Positions 10,158 to 20,276 of a DNA stretch of 64,000 bases are shown here, piece by piece. Numbering within the stretch: the first letter of the stretch is position 1; the number at the start of each line of letters is the position of its first letter. Made by a program: the position numbers and the translations under genes. Source of the stretch: a virus; IMG/VR virus record IMGVR_UViG_3300043640_000353, positions 2,645 to 66,644 of that record; one strand, 5' to 3'. The notes beneath the pieces are model-generated. The model ran no database searches. It had not been told where the DNA came from and saw only the letters and a list, made by a program, of their open reading frames with translations.

Positions 10158-12224
10158 CTATTGATTTAAACCATATTGAGTTGATAATTCATTTTCCTGA
10201 CCTTCATTGATTTTTTTCTCTAATACTTTTTGACCATCTATATATACATGTACATGAGTATTTTTTGGGGTAGATAGGGAATTAAAATTTCCTGAGCCAT
10301 TAGCTTTATAGGGATTGGCACTATTGGGGTAAAATGGGGTATCTAAGCTGTTTCTAAGATCATTTTTACCATAGGAATGCTCATAAATCCTGTTTTGCCT
10401 TTGCGAAAAGGTTAAACTATCAGGTCTATCAACCCCGGGAATCCACCCTATTATTGACATAATTACATTACCTATGGATGCCACCAGCCATTTTAGTGAC
10501 GCTATAACTACCCCAATTTGTTGTTTAAAACTAAATCCCGAAATTGCTAGAAATCCCGATATTAAACCTATTGGAGTTAGAAATCTACCTATGATTCCTA
10601 ATACTGGTAAAATACCACTTAAAGCACTACCAAATCTTGATAATAGGGGGGTTATCCTCCCCAATATCCCTAATGACCCAGAAGCTGCGGCGGAAGCTGC
10701 CCCCCCTGCCATTTTATAGGCTGGTGTTATAATTCTACCGGTAGCGGCATTTATTAAGCTTCCGGCGGCATTTATCCTTTGCCCCTTTCCTATTCCATTA
10801 ATAATTCCCAGGTATGTTAATGCCCGGGCAATAAGTGTATTCCATACCCATAGGCCAGTTGATCTGAATGTAGCTAGGCCAGATGTTAAACCCATCATAC
10901 CTCTCCCTATTAATCCTATGGTCATTAACATAACTCCCATTGGTATAAGAATTAATCCAAATAAGGCAATTCCTCTTATTAACCATTTACCTAAACCAGT
11001 TTGAGCAAAAGCAGTTAATTTTTCTAACATCCTATTTAAGATGGGTAAAATCCTGGTTATTAGTGGTAATAAGGCATTACCAACGGCTATTTTAAAATTA
11101 TTCCAATTAGCAGATAATCTCTCGGATTGGAAAGCTATACCTTTACTTTTCTCCTCAATGATTTTCATATTAGCTCCGGTACTTCCGTGAGTTAATGTTT
11201 CTATCATATCAGCAAATGATTTACCCATCCATTTATCATTCTCACCTTTGGCTAAGAAATCTAAAAGCGGATTTATACCACGTTTACCTCTTACTCCAAA
11301 TAAATCATTTAAAACATTCTGCCTTTGAACATCCCCCATCCCTTTTACTCCCCGTTTAATTTTATCAAGGATTTCAAGTGGTCTTTTTAAATTACCGTAA
11401 GCATCCATTAAATCCCCCCGAGATAATCCCAATGAAGCCAATGCCTTATTTTTCTTTTCACTACCTCCACCCAGGGCAATAGCGATTTCCCTCCACGCAT
11501 TACCCAGGGCAGTTCCAGACATTGAAGCTTTAATACCCGCATTACCTAATACCCCCATCATGGCAATAGATTCTTCAAAGGTCATGTGTAAACCTTTTAA
11601 AATATCCTGGGAATATTTCATGGATTCAGCTAAATCACCAAATGATACGGTAGATTCAATTGAAGCCTTTGCCATAATATCCCCCGCTCTAGCAGCTTGA
11701 TTGGAATTCATTCCCCAAGCCATCATTATATCCGTCATTCTGGCAGCTACCCCACCTTCACCTTCAAGGGCATCACCCGCAGCGGTAGCAGTTTGAAGGA
11801 TAGCTTCCATAACCTTTGGTATGTCATTAGCTTTTAAACCAGCTTTAACCAAATCCTCCATACCCTTAGCTACCACTATAGCATTTCTACCATATCTAGG
11901 TCCCAGAGATTGGGCATTTCTACCAAGCATTGTCATCTCGCCATTGGTCATTTCTCCTAATGCTTTGACATTTAATAATACTTGTTGGAATTTTATTGAT
12001 TCCTCAACTGAGGCTTTCATACCCCGAGTAATACCATAACCAACTACAGCCATACCAGTTCCCACGGTAGTCATGAGATTAAGGCTATTTCTTATTGCCT
12101 TATTCGCATTACCATGTAAACTGTTCATGGTATTGGATATTTTATTGGCATTTTGGGTAAATCTATCCCTTAATTCAATAATCAATCCAATACCTAATGT
12201 ACTTGTGCCTCCTAAGCCTATCAT
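10158..12224 (-). CDS. Tail tape measure protein, TP901 family (688 aa)
   Basis: TP901 core (GMEDLVKAGL...LGNAGIKASMSGTAL...LNDLFGVRG) with hydrophobic C-terminal half. Confidence 0.92.
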   Translation of the reverse strand: MIGLGGTSTLGIGLIIELRDRFTQNANKISNTMNSLHGNANKAIRNSLNLMTTVGTGMAVVGYGITRGMKASVEESIKFQQVLLNVKALGEMTNGEMTMLGRNAQSLGPRYGRNAIVVAKGMEDLVKAGLKANDIPKVMEAILQTATAAGDALEGEGGVAARMTDIMMAWGMNSNQAARAGDIMAKASIESTVSFGDLAESMKYSQDILKGLHMTFEESIAMMGVLGNAGIKASMSGTALGNAWREIAIALGGGSEKKNKALASLGLSRGDLMDAYGNLKRPLEILDKIKRGVKGMGDVQRQNVLNDLFGVRGKRGINPLLDFLAKGENDKWMGKSFADMIETLTHGSTGANMKIIEEKSKGIAFQSERLSANWNNFKIAVGNALLPLITRILPILNRMLEKLTAFAQTGLGKWLIRGIALFGLILIPMGVMLMTIGLIGRGMMGLTSGLATFRSTGLWVWNTLIARALTYLGIINGIGKGQRINAAGSLINAATGRIITPAYKMAGGAASAAASGSLGILGRITPLLSRFGSALSGILPVLGIIGRFLTPIGLISGFLAISGFSFKQQIGVVIASLKWLVASIGNVIMSIIGWIPGVDRPDSLTFSQRQNRIYEHSYGKNDLRNSLDTPFYPNSANPYKANGSGNFNSLSTPKNTHVHVYIDGQKVLEKKINEGQENELSTQYGLNQ

Positions 12225-12230
12225 ATATTG

Positions 12231-12389
12231 TCAGATTTTTCTTAGTTGTTCATGGTATTCATCGCAATTTTGTAAAATTTCTTTTCGAAGTGAAATAGGT
12301 AAACTACGGAATTCCTGAAAGGACATAGTTACCTTACTACGGGAAACGTAACACCAATCGGATATTAAGCCTCCTGAGGAAAGAAAAAA
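12231..12389 (-). CDS. -1 frameshift extension (gpT-like) of the tail assembly chaperone
   Basis: Open -1 frame entered at slippery T TTT TTC (12383-12389): FFLSSGGLISDWCYVSRSKVTMSFQEFRSLPISLRKEILQNCDEYHEQLRKI, ending 6 nt before the TMP start. Confidence 0.75.
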   Translation of the reverse strand, partial: FFLSSGGLISDWCYVSRSKVTMSFQEFRSLPISLRKEILQNCDEYHEQLRKI

Positions 12390-13102
12390 CCGGTTTGTGC
12401 CATTAAAGATATATTTTGAATATGTCCACAGAATGGGCATTCACATTCGCTAATGGCATCAAATGGTAAATCATTCTCGGTAATATCTGCCCTGATTTCT
12501 TTCATATCTTTGGCAGATAATACTCCGAATGTTTGTAGGGGTTGCCAGCGATCTTCAAAATGCCATTGTATATTTCTTACTAGGAATTCTGTATTCCTGT
12601 CCATATCATCTTCCTTTATCTCTAGTAATTTCTTTTCGGAGTGACCATTAAGATATGTATATTTTATTTTTTTACCACTAGAAAGAATTATTTCTCTATC
12701 CTTTTCATCCCCATATCTGTAAGGTTGGATCTTATATTTAAAACTATTTTCCTTCTTACCATCAAATTCATCTATGTAGGGTAATAAACTTTCCTCATAT
12801 TCATTTTCCTTCTTACAAGCATCATTTTTACACCGTAATTTAAAGGTGATTAAATCCCCCAATGAAAAAATCCTGGAGCGGAATGTGGTATAATATTTAT
12901 CCTTATTCTTCCAGTTCATAACCTCATTGGCTGTTGGACCAGGACCATCCATCATTGCTATAACTATGCCAGAAACAAACTTGGTAATTGCGGTACCATC
13001 TTTAGAATTTTTCATCTTAGATAAAACACCATCATCATCACCATTCTGTTCTCTGATTGTTACCAAGTTCCCTGAAGGATTTTTAAATGTTAGGCTTTCC
13101 AT
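12365..13102 (-). CDS. Tail assembly chaperone (gpG-like; CxxC motifs)
   Basis: Between tube and TMP; C-terminal slippery site; CKNDAC and CPFC motifs. Confidence 0.75.
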   Translation of the reverse strand: MESLTFKNPSGNLVTIREQNGDDDGVLSKMKNSKDGTAITKFVSGIVIAMMDGPGPTANEVMNWKNKDKYYTTFRSRIFSLGDLITFKLRCKNDACKKENEYEESLLPYIDEFDGKKENSFKYKIQPYRYGDEKDREIILSSGKKIKYTYLNGHSEKKLLEIKEDDMDRNTEFLVRNIQWHFEDRWQPLQTFGVLSAKDMKEIRADITENDLPFDAISECECPFCGHIQNISLMAQTGFFFPQEA

Positions 13103-13152
13103 GTTTTTATATTTTGGGTTTTTATATTTAAAATAGTCCCTTTAAACAAGTA

Positions 13153-13180
13153 AAGGGGCAAATAACTCTGCCCCTTTATA
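13153..13180 (-). terminator. Rho-independent terminator after the tail tube gene
   Basis: Hairpin TAAAGGGGCA-N8-TGCCCCTTTA. Confidence 0.7.
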
Positions 13181-13195
13181 TTTGGTATTTAATTA

Positions 13196-13651
13196 TTAAG
13201 CTTTGGCATTTTGATCTACCTCAAGTTCAATACTTTCCATGGTATTATCTGAACCTTTTCTATCCAGATCTATCCCATTTCTTTTTGAAGGCCAGCATCC
13301 ATAAAATGTCCAGGTATTAATAATGGTAATTCCATCATTACTGTATTGGTCAACAGTTAATGTCCTTTTGTAGATGGAAGGTAAAAAACCACCACCCAAA
13401 AATTCATTTTGTACTTCAGACATCCAGTTCTCTACCCAATTATCTGGGGCTAATGCGGATGATATTTTCTCCATAAGCAATTTACCAATCTTTTTTATAC
13501 CTCCGGTTTTTACCAGATAATTAGTATCCCCATGTTCTGTAATATCAATAGACCATTCAGGTAATGTTATCTTTTGACATAAGAATGGGTTTAACCCGGG
13601 GGCATAAACTGAAAATTGGAATTGTTTTCTGGGGTTTGCTATGTTTGCCAT
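13196..13651 (-). CDS. Tail tube protein (T4 gp19-like)
   Basis: NPRKQFQF...WTFYGCWPSK...LDRKGSDNTMESIEL. Confidence 0.9.
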   Translation of the reverse strand: MANIANPRKQFQFSVYAPGLNPFLCQKITLPEWSIDITEHGDTNYLVKTGGIKKIGKLLMEKISSALAPDNWVENWMSEVQNEFLGGGFLPSIYKRTLTVDQYSNDGITIINTWTFYGCWPSKRNGIDLDRKGSDNTMESIELEVDQNAKA

Positions 13652-13671
13652 GTTATTTAATGTTTAAAGAA

Positions 13672-15513
13672 TTATTCGAAACTTACACTGGTTGATGTAA
13701 CTACCAGGTCTATTGCAATTTCCTGCATACTTGGTACAAGTTTCATATACAGCTTAACCTTATATTTTCCATTATCAATATCGGTAAGATTATTTACCTG
13801 CACATCTTCAATTTTCTTAACATCCTGATCGCCATCCCAACGATACGAATACCAAGCCCTAGCCGTTACTAAGCTATCCAGGAAAGGTTCTACTTCCAAG
13901 AACATTGCCTTCATTGTTGGTAAATCCAATGGTTCTTGTAAATACCGTGTTAATGTAGGTGATAATGATTTTTGTAAGTAAATCAAAAACCTAACTGCGG
14001 ATAGGAATGATAATTTGGAATTACTTAGTACGGCAGAGTAATTACCGTTTAAAAATATATTACCATCCTTTTTAATCACCATATTAATTTGACGATTTGA
14101 AAGGATATTAAGGTCATTGAATTTGGCAGTGGTTCCAAAATTATTAATTACTCCCAGGGAATTTATTACTAAACCCCTTGTTGTACCTGCTGGTGAGAAC
14201 CATTCCCCAAATTCATCATTAACTGCCATAATACCTAATATATCCCCAAGTTCAGAGATATTCTTGGGGGCAGATGTTACGGGGTCTGTAATAATTAATC
14301 CACCCGCAAAGAAAGCGGTATAATAGGAATTGGTACCAATTGTTTGTCGGTCATTTACAAGTAATGCTTGTGTATTATTGGCATTATTAAGATGTGCAAA
14401 ATAAACCAAATCTTTTCTTGTTTCGGAATAAGCAGAACCAGCTATATGTAGTGTAGTACTGTGCATTTCTGGGGCAGCAATTTGAAGCATATCATCTACG
14501 GCATCAAAGGCATAAAAACCCGTTGATGATGCCGAGTCACCAGAATAATCCGTTATATTTGGGGTTGTTCCATCTGAACCCCCATTAAAGTAATATAACC
14601 CATTTGAGGGTCTGATATTAACAGCTGTACCTGAAAGATCAATATAATTAAAATCCAATAATGCTGAAGCCGTTTTTACATCATCTAAGAAATGGGAATT
14701 AGCAATTGTTGGATTACCGGGAACCGTAAGATTTGCATAAGTTTCCTGTAATGATGGTTCTTCCGTATGGCTTACCACCATATTAAAATATTGAGCATCA
14801 CCATTTGAGGCATTTAAAATTTGAATGAATACCTTATTATAATCTAATCCCTCATATTTCATGGAAGTCTCAAATACCTCTATGCCCGTTGGTGTAGATA
14901 TGGTGCCCAGATCAGATATAGTGGTAGTTGCCTGAGATACACCCAGCGTTACCAATGAACCGGTTAATACTAAGCTTATATTTGTAGCCGGGTATATTAA
15001 TATGTCCCGATCATTGGTTACTCCCCCCGCTATTTGAACCACTTCAGCTGATTGTACAAAAGGAGAGGTTTCAATGGCAGTGGCAATTGCTGCCATAGTG
15101 GTATCGGAATCTGTAGTGAATACCACTGGTGTTATGGCAACTCCATTTATGGTAATAACATAACTGTTGGATGTAACCAATGCTGCGGAAAAAGCTAATT
15201 TTTTTGGTTTATTAAATGATGCCTTAATGGCATCCAATGTAGAGGCATCAGTAATATCTGTATAATGTCCAATACGATTAATCCTTAATTGGGCTCCCCT
15301 ATCAAAAGCCCTTTTACATAAAAGAGGAAAATCCGAATTTGGAATATATCCCCCATATACTCTTAAGAATTGAGCCCATGAAGTCATTAATAAATTGGGA
15401 TTACTAAATGGGCCTCTTAATGTTATACCTTCTACTCCACTAATACCTTTAAGTATGGCGGCAATTGAAAAGGATTGGTTTACGACATTAAATTTTACTA
15501 CGGGAGCATTCAT
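13672..15513 (-). CDS. Contractile tail sheath protein with an inserted ~95-aa domain
   Basis: GITLRGPFSNP; WFSPAGTTRG; LSNRQINMVI; C-terminal MQEIAIDLVV. Confidence 0.93.
   Translation of the reverse strand: MNAPVVKFNVVNQSFSIAAILKGISGVEGITLRGPFSNPNLLMTSWAQFLRVYGGYIPNSDFPLLCKRAFDRGAQLRINRIGHYTDITDASTLDAIKASFNKPKKLAFSAALVTSNSYVITINGVAITPVVFTTDSDTTMAAIATAIETSPFVQSAEVVQIAGGVTNDRDILIYPATNISLVLTGSLVTLGVSQATTTISDLGTISTPTGIEVFETSMKYEGLDYNKVFIQILNASNGDAQYFNMVVSHTEEPSLQETYANLTVPGNPTIANSHFLDDVKTASALLDFNYIDLSGTAVNIRPSNGLYYFNGGSDGTTPNITDYSGDSASSTGFYAFDAVDDMLQIAAPEMHSTTLHIAGSAYSETRKDLVYFAHLNNANNTQALLVNDRQTIGTNSYYTAFFAGGLIITDPVTSAPKNISELGDILGIMAVNDEFGEWFSPAGTTRGLVINSLGVINNFGTTAKFNDLNILSNRQINMVIKKDGNIFLNGNYSAVLSNSKLSFLSAVRFLIYLQKSLSPTLTRYLQEPLDLPTMKAMFLEVEPFLDSLVTARAWYSYRWDGDQDVKKIEDVQVNNLTDIDNGKYKVKLYMKLVPSMQEIAIDLVVTSTSVSFE
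15074..15114. repeat. 41-bp exact direct repeat, copy 1 (sheath gene); copy 2 at 20776-20816
   Basis: ATGGCAGTGGCAATTGCTGCCATAGTGGTATCGGAATCTGT in both places; flanking bases differ. Confidence 0.95.
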
Positions 15514-15533
15514 ATATATAGGTATTAGATTTA

Positions 15534-15818
15534 TTAATCTATTTCAGTTTCGGTTTCTAGGCTAATCCTTTTTGGCTTATTTGCAGGGGAATTTTGGGAA
15601 TTGGTTATTTTGAAATCCAGTAAATCCAATCTTTTGGTAATTGCCAAAAATTTATCTGCCGAAAATTCCTTCTCATATTTTGATTCAACGATTGCATCAT
15701 GGATCTCAATTTTTAAAGAATACCATTGGGCTAAAAATCCCGACAAGAAAGTTAAAAGAAATACAATATCTTTTGGGGTTAAATTAAATTTAAAATTATC
15801 TGGAACTTCCTTAGCCAT
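15534..15818 (-). CDS. Small single-TM membrane protein, possible holin-like (94 aa)
   Basis: Hydrophobic IVFLLTFLSGFLAQWYSL followed by a charged tail; function inferred only. Confidence 0.5.
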   Translation of the reverse strand: MAKEVPDNFKFNLTPKDIVFLLTFLSGFLAQWYSLKIEIHDAIVESKYEKEFSADKFLAITKRLDLLDFKITNSQNSPANKPKRISLETETEID

Positions 15819-15836
15819 AACAAATTCACTTTTTAC

Positions 15837-15860
15837 AATTAAACCATATATGGTTTAATT
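15837..15860. promoter_or_regulatory. Perfect 24-bp palindrome in an intergenic gap
   Basis: AATTAAACCATATATGGTTTAATT is its own reverse complement. Confidence 0.6.
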
Positions 15861-15873
15861 TAATTAGTATTGT

Positions 15874-16809
15874 TTAAGGTATAATCATATCCTCCATATA
15901 TTCTGAATCCCCAGGTTCCCCATCTTGGAAATCCACTGTTATTTGGTTAATAGGTGCAACTACTACCCCAGTTACAATATTTTCGGTTTCAAAGATATCT
16001 TCGGCTTTATACATATAAATATCTTCATTAATTCCCTCAGTGGTATTTGTTATACTTCTGTAACTGTATTGGTTAACAAATATTTTTTGATTGGTATCAA
16101 CATAGGATTCTATATAACCCCTTTTGGGTGTTGCCAATCCAATTATGCCATGTAATATTCTTGATTGAACTGCTGAATTACTTACCAAATGAATATCGAA
16201 AGTTAATTCTACTGTTTGTGGTGGTTGTATACTTACACTAAAACTTCCGGGGTTTAATGGGTCATCATTAAAGGGCGTGTAAATTCTATCTGGGGCACCC
16301 CCCAATGCTCCGGGTAATGATTGGTTGGTTATTATCACAATTCTTGGAATTTTCTTAAGGTATTTAGCTTGAGAATTTGATGAGCCAAAAACCTCTATGG
16401 CAAATCCCTGGGTATTTTTAATATTGGTAATTGCATTAGATAGTAGGGCAACTCCAATGGGATCATCATAATAAAAATAAATACTAATACTACCATCCAC
16501 AATAGCCGATGGTATAGCTTCCGCAACTGTTATTGTGGTAACAGTTGTAAATACCGATGTTGTTATGGTATAATTGGCATTATTACCAGTACTTAATATC
16601 ACTTGAAAAATCCTTCCCGGAGAAAAGAAGGAGGTAACATTGGTTGCTACTTGAAAAGTTTGTGACCCGATATTTACTGTGGTAATGGGTCTTATAACTT
16701 TAGCCTCAACATCTGGTAGATAACCTTTATCCACAAGTTCTTTTCGGATAGAGTGGAATATACTCCTTTCAACTAATTCTCGGGAATCACTTAATGGTGT
16801 TAATGACAT
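15874..16809 (-). CDS. Tail terminator/completion protein (putative, 311 aa)
   Basis: Neck position upstream of sheath; IPRIVI...TVELTFDIHLVSN motif; apparent inserted beta-domain. Confidence 0.55.
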   Translation of the reverse strand: MSLTPLSDSRELVERSIFHSIRKELVDKGYLPDVEAKVIRPITTVNIGSQTFQVATNVTSFFSPGRIFQVILSTGNNANYTITTSVFTTVTTITVAEAIPSAIVDGSISIYFYYDDPIGVALLSNAITNIKNTQGFAIEVFGSSNSQAKYLKKIPRIVIITNQSLPGALGGAPDRIYTPFNDDPLNPGSFSVSIQPPQTVELTFDIHLVSNSAVQSRILHGIIGLATPKRGYIESYVDTNQKIFVNQYSYRSITNTTEGINEDIYMYKAEDIFETENIVTGVVVAPINQITVDFQDGEPGDSEYMEDMIIP

Positions 16810-17324
16810 TATAATAGGGGTTTAACTGGGTATCCTCTTTCTCTTAATTTATCTCTTATTATTTTATTAACAGTATTTCTCATACCTTTTAATCCCCCCA
16901 TGTCATTATTTAAGGTATAAGTCCATAAAGGTCTATGCGGTCTACCCGCCATATATGACCAAGCTTCATGTATCTGGGCAATTTTGGCAATTTCTTTACC
17001 ATTGGGGTATATTAAACCAGCTGGTACTCCGGCACTATAGACCTTATTGGTTCTCCAAGCTTTAATGGCATTGTAATAATCCCAACTGGCAATTAAGAGA
17101 TCTTCTTCCCCATACTTAGCCATCTTCTTATCAGCATATTTACTACTCAGGGGAGTCCACCCTTTTATATCCTGATTTTTTAAATGGGCTTTTACTTTTC
17201 TCGCATACCTTTCAGCAACTGATCTTTGTGCGGAGATTGAGATAAGCTGTAGGTTTCTGGGCAAACTATTCATAAGTCTTTTAACCCTATCCCAATCCCC
17301 AAATAAAGAGAAGTTTATATTCAT
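16809..17324 (-). CDS. Neck/tail completion protein (virion morphogenesis family)
   Basis: WTPLSSKY...KK...LLIASW; IAKIAQIHE...PHRPLW. Confidence 0.65.
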   Translation of the reverse strand: MNINFSLFGDWDRVKRLMNSLPRNLQLISISAQRSVAERYARKVKAHLKNQDIKGWTPLSSKYADKKMAKYGEEDLLIASWDYYNAIKAWRTNKVYSAGVPAGLIYPNGKEIAKIAQIHEAWSYMAGRPHRPLWTYTLNNDMGGLKGMRNTVNKIIRDKLRERGYPVKPLL

Positions 17325-17327
17325 TAC

Positions 17328-17798
17328 TTATAGGTTACCCATATAATCCCCAGTTAATATCTCTTCCCTGGATAATATAATCATTATGAGTAATGGTTCA
17401 TCCTTTGCTTGGGATATTGGAGTTTGACCAGTGGATTTATATTTAATGCCCTTATGTATAAACCTATCTGCATCTTGTTGGAAATTGAAATTACCCGCCG
17501 GAGTTAAATATCCTGAATCCCTTAGATATTTAATGTTTAATAAAATTACCTCAGTTTGCCTATCTAATTCCCCAGTATCTGTGGTTTGATTAATTGGCCA
17601 TTTCCTAAAAGCATTATAATCAAATAATCCAAGAAGGGTAACCACGGCAAATTGTTCTGTTAAATTATCCTCACCATTCCTATCTATACCACCCCGGGAT
17701 TTTAACCAAATGATTTGATCCTGATTAAAGGTATCATGTCCATCGTTTATTATGGATTTATATTGAGCCCATACTGAATTACCTACTAAATCTGCCAT
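17328..17798 (-). CDS. Head closure/head-tail joining protein (putative)
   Basis: Size and position in the neck cluster; beta-barrel-like pattern (DRFIHKGIKY). Confidence 0.55.
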   Translation of the reverse strand: MADLVGNSVWAQYKSIINDGHDTFNQDQIIWLKSRGGIDRNGEDNLTEQFAVVTLLGLFDYNAFRKWPINQTTDTGELDRQTEVILLNIKYLRDSGYLTPAGNFNFQQDADRFIHKGIKYKSTGQTPISQAKDEPLLIMIILSREEILTGDYMGNL

Positions 17799-18571
17799 TA
17801 CAATGAAAGTTTAATATATGAAGGCCAATCAGTCCATAATTTATGAGTATTTCTACCAGCTTTAAGTTCAATAAATTTGGGATCAGGTAATGGTGGGCAC
17901 ATAGGTAATGAAATCATTAATCTGTAAGCTAAGCTACAAAGTTCTTGACTCAATGCACTTATTACTCCATTATCCCGAGCAAATACGGCTTTTTGTATAT
18001 TGCTAATATCCTGAAACTCAGCTTCAGATGGTCCGGTAACAATTTTCTTAACCACAGCGGAATTCCCATTTGCCCCGCCTGCTGCCCCAGATATTGCTCC
18101 CTGGGAAGCTAAGTCAATGGATATAGAATAGGCAGCTAAGTAAGCAATTAGGGCATTTGCTAGAGGTGGGTAGGCAGTTTCGTTAAAAACATTATTAAAA
18201 GAAACTTCTGGAGAAACTAGTGGTTGTATATATAATTGCCATGTAGCAATATAGGCCTGTTTAGCTTCTTCATTTATGGATATACCCCCAGGTAATTTGA
18301 TGGAAATAAGTTGGGATATGGTTATGGGTAATACCGGGGATGTAGAGATTATGAAAGATCTCTGTAATGAGGATGACCCATCGGTATTGGTAGCTATAAG
18401 CTTTACAATATAAGTTCCAGAAGTAGAATATGTATGGGAAGGATTTTGTAGAATACTTGTGGTAGAATCACCAAAATCCCATGACCAGGAAGTTGGGGTA
18501 CCTGTTGATGAATCCTGAAAATTTAATGTTAAAAAATTAGGACTTACCAAAAAGTTAGCAACTGGGATCAT
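17798..18571 (-). CDS. PKD (Ig-like) domain fused to a probable head-tail adaptor domain
   Basis: Canonical PKD: PVANF...FQDSSTGTPTSWSWDFGD...QNPSHTYSTSGTYIVKLIATN. Confidence 0.8.
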   Translation of the reverse strand: MIPVANFLVSPNFLTLNFQDSSTGTPTSWSWDFGDSTTSILQNPSHTYSTSGTYIVKLIATNTDGSSSLQRSFIISTSPVLPITISQLISIKLPGGISINEEAKQAYIATWQLYIQPLVSPEVSFNNVFNETAYPPLANALIAYLAAYSISIDLASQGAISGAAGGANGNSAVVKKIVTGPSEAEFQDISNIQKAVFARDNGVISALSQELCSLAYRLMISLPMCPPLPDPKFIELKAGRNTHKLWTDWPSYIKLSL

Positions 18572-18589
18572 GGGATTTATTTAATGGTT

Positions 18590-19006
18590 TTATTCGTTAT
18601 CTAAAAGATATGATTCTAAATCATCATCCGATAATTTAGATATCTTTTTGAATTCTTTGGATTTAAGTTTTAGGGCTTGTAATCTTTTTATTAAAACCTT
18701 TCTTTCTTCAGAAAGATCTTCATCGCCATCTTCATCATCTTCAGGATTCTCTACTTTGGGTTTTGGTTTTTCTTTTGGAAAATCCAAATCAATTTGAGTT
18801 CTGGTTTCTTCGGGTAATTTTGAAAGCATTCTTTCGAATTCTGGTTCCTCTATTCTGATGATATGGCCAGAGGCAGAAGCTTTCTTTATTTGTTTGGTAA
18901 TTTCTAAGGTTACACCTGGAATACCATTTGTAACCTTAAGCTTGGATTTTGGATCATAAAAAACTGATGATTTTTCTCCCAGTTTATAGTAATGTTTTTG
19001 TGCCAT
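18590..19006 (-). CDS. Hypothetical protein with acidic linker (138 aa)
   Basis: ORF directly after the MCP terminator. Confidence 0.65.
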   Translation of the reverse strand: MAQKHYYKLGEKSSVFYDPKSKLKVTNGIPGVTLEITKQIKKASASGHIIRIEEPEFERMLSKLPEETRTQIDLDFPKEKPKPKVENPEDDEDGDEDLSEERKVLIKRLQALKLKSKEFKKISKLSDDDLESYLLDNE

Positions 19007-19052
19007 GAGATTAGGTTTTTAGTTATAATAAAAAATAGTATGTATAAACCAA

Positions 19053-19079
19053 AAAGGTGAAGTTTTTAGCTTCACCTTT
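19053..19079 (-). terminator. Rho-independent terminator after the major capsid gene
   Basis: AAAGGTGAAG-N7-CTTCACCTTT, followed by TTTTTGGTTT on the minus strand. Confidence 0.8.
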
Positions 19080-19099
19080 AAGTTATGGGGTTTTAAATA

Positions 19100-20227
19100 T
19101 TAATCCTCAATTGTTACTGATTCAAGGGCATCCACATCCATGTAAGTTGGGAAACCATTGGTTGTATCAAAATCTGTAGAAGTATCCAATAATACCCTTC
19201 CATCTCTGAATACAATACCGAAACCAGTGGTTAAGGTAGCATAAGTTGCCTCAGTTTGATTAGATACAATCTTCTCTGATTCAACCAATAATGGTTGAGC
19301 ATTATATTTAATAACCGTCGAAGTTCGATCAATAATCAACTGTTGATTAACCGGCATGCTTCCATGGATATAATAATCCGTTGAAGCAGGGATTGGAGTT
19401 TTTAATTTGATATTGTTATTTGCCATAACACCGGCAGCAGCAATACCCCCATTTTGGTTGGTTTTGAACTCGGGTAAGTTAAGGGTATTTAGGGCAGCAG
19501 TTTCCCCCCCAATCATGATTGTTGGTAATCTACCAATCCTTGACATGCGAATCCAAATCCTCAGGATATCTGCATAAGTTAATGTACCAGGGGTAGTAAT
19601 ACCAATTACCGGTGCTGATTCTGATCCATCTGCCTGTTCCCCGTTAATAAGGGTATCAATCATTAAACCATCCATGGCATGTCCTAATTTAACCCCAAAA
19701 TCCTGAAGAAAAATAGATACCACATTAATTGATACATAATTCCTTACCTCATAAGGGATTTTGACCCCTTTACCAATTTTACGGAGTTTTAGGGTTTTTT
19801 GCCCGAATGAAACACCACCCAAAGGAATTGTTTCAGCAACCCCAACGTAAGCTGGCGTGGCATCACTCATATTCCAATGTGGGATAGTAATACTTAGGCT
19901 TTTAACTGATTGTTCAGCCGCAACCACATTACTCCAAATAGGAGCCTTTCCCATTCCCAATCTTAGGGATTCCCGGAAAATTTCCGGAATTAGCCATCGT
20001 ACAGAATCATCCGGTAAGTTTACCATATTTTCAATGGTATCCATACTGGGATCAATTCCAATATCCTCAAATACTTGTCCCAGGGATACATTATGTTTCT
20101 TCTTTACAAAAGTCTCAAAGCTTACATCAATTGGATTATCCGGGTTTTTACGAAGGGAATCACATTGTTGTGACATTGCCTTGATATCTTTGGCATATTT
20201 GGATGTTTCAAATTTTTTCAGATCCAT
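19100..20227 (-). CDS. Major capsid protein (HK97 fold)
   Basis: 375 aa; LIPEIFRESL...YVGVAETIP...KIGKGVKIPYE...FLQDFGVKLG; follows scaffold and decoration genes; strong terminator downstream. Confidence 0.9.
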   Translation of the reverse strand: MDLKKFETSKYAKDIKAMSQQCDSLRKNPDNPIDVSFETFVKKKHNVSLGQVFEDIGIDPSMDTIENMVNLPDDSVRWLIPEIFRESLRLGMGKAPIWSNVVAAEQSVKSLSITIPHWNMSDATPAYVGVAETIPLGGVSFGQKTLKLRKIGKGVKIPYEVRNYVSINVVSIFLQDFGVKLGHAMDGLMIDTLINGEQADGSESAPVIGITTPGTLTYADILRIWIRMSRIGRLPTIMIGGETAALNTLNLPEFKTNQNGGIAAAGVMANNNIKLKTPIPASTDYYIHGSMPVNQQLIIDRTSTVIKYNAQPLLVESEKIVSNQTEATYATLTTGFGIVFRDGRVLLDTSTDFDTTNGFPTYMDVDALESVTIED

Positions 20228-20276
20228 AATCTTGGTTTTATTTTAAGTTTATATTGCGTTCGAATGTTTTTTAGAA

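Noticed and set aside
2477-15513. Extracellular contractile injection system (eCIS/T6SS-like) locus
   Set aside because: The tail genes are contiguous with capsid, portal, terminase and replication genes, so this is a myovirus tail
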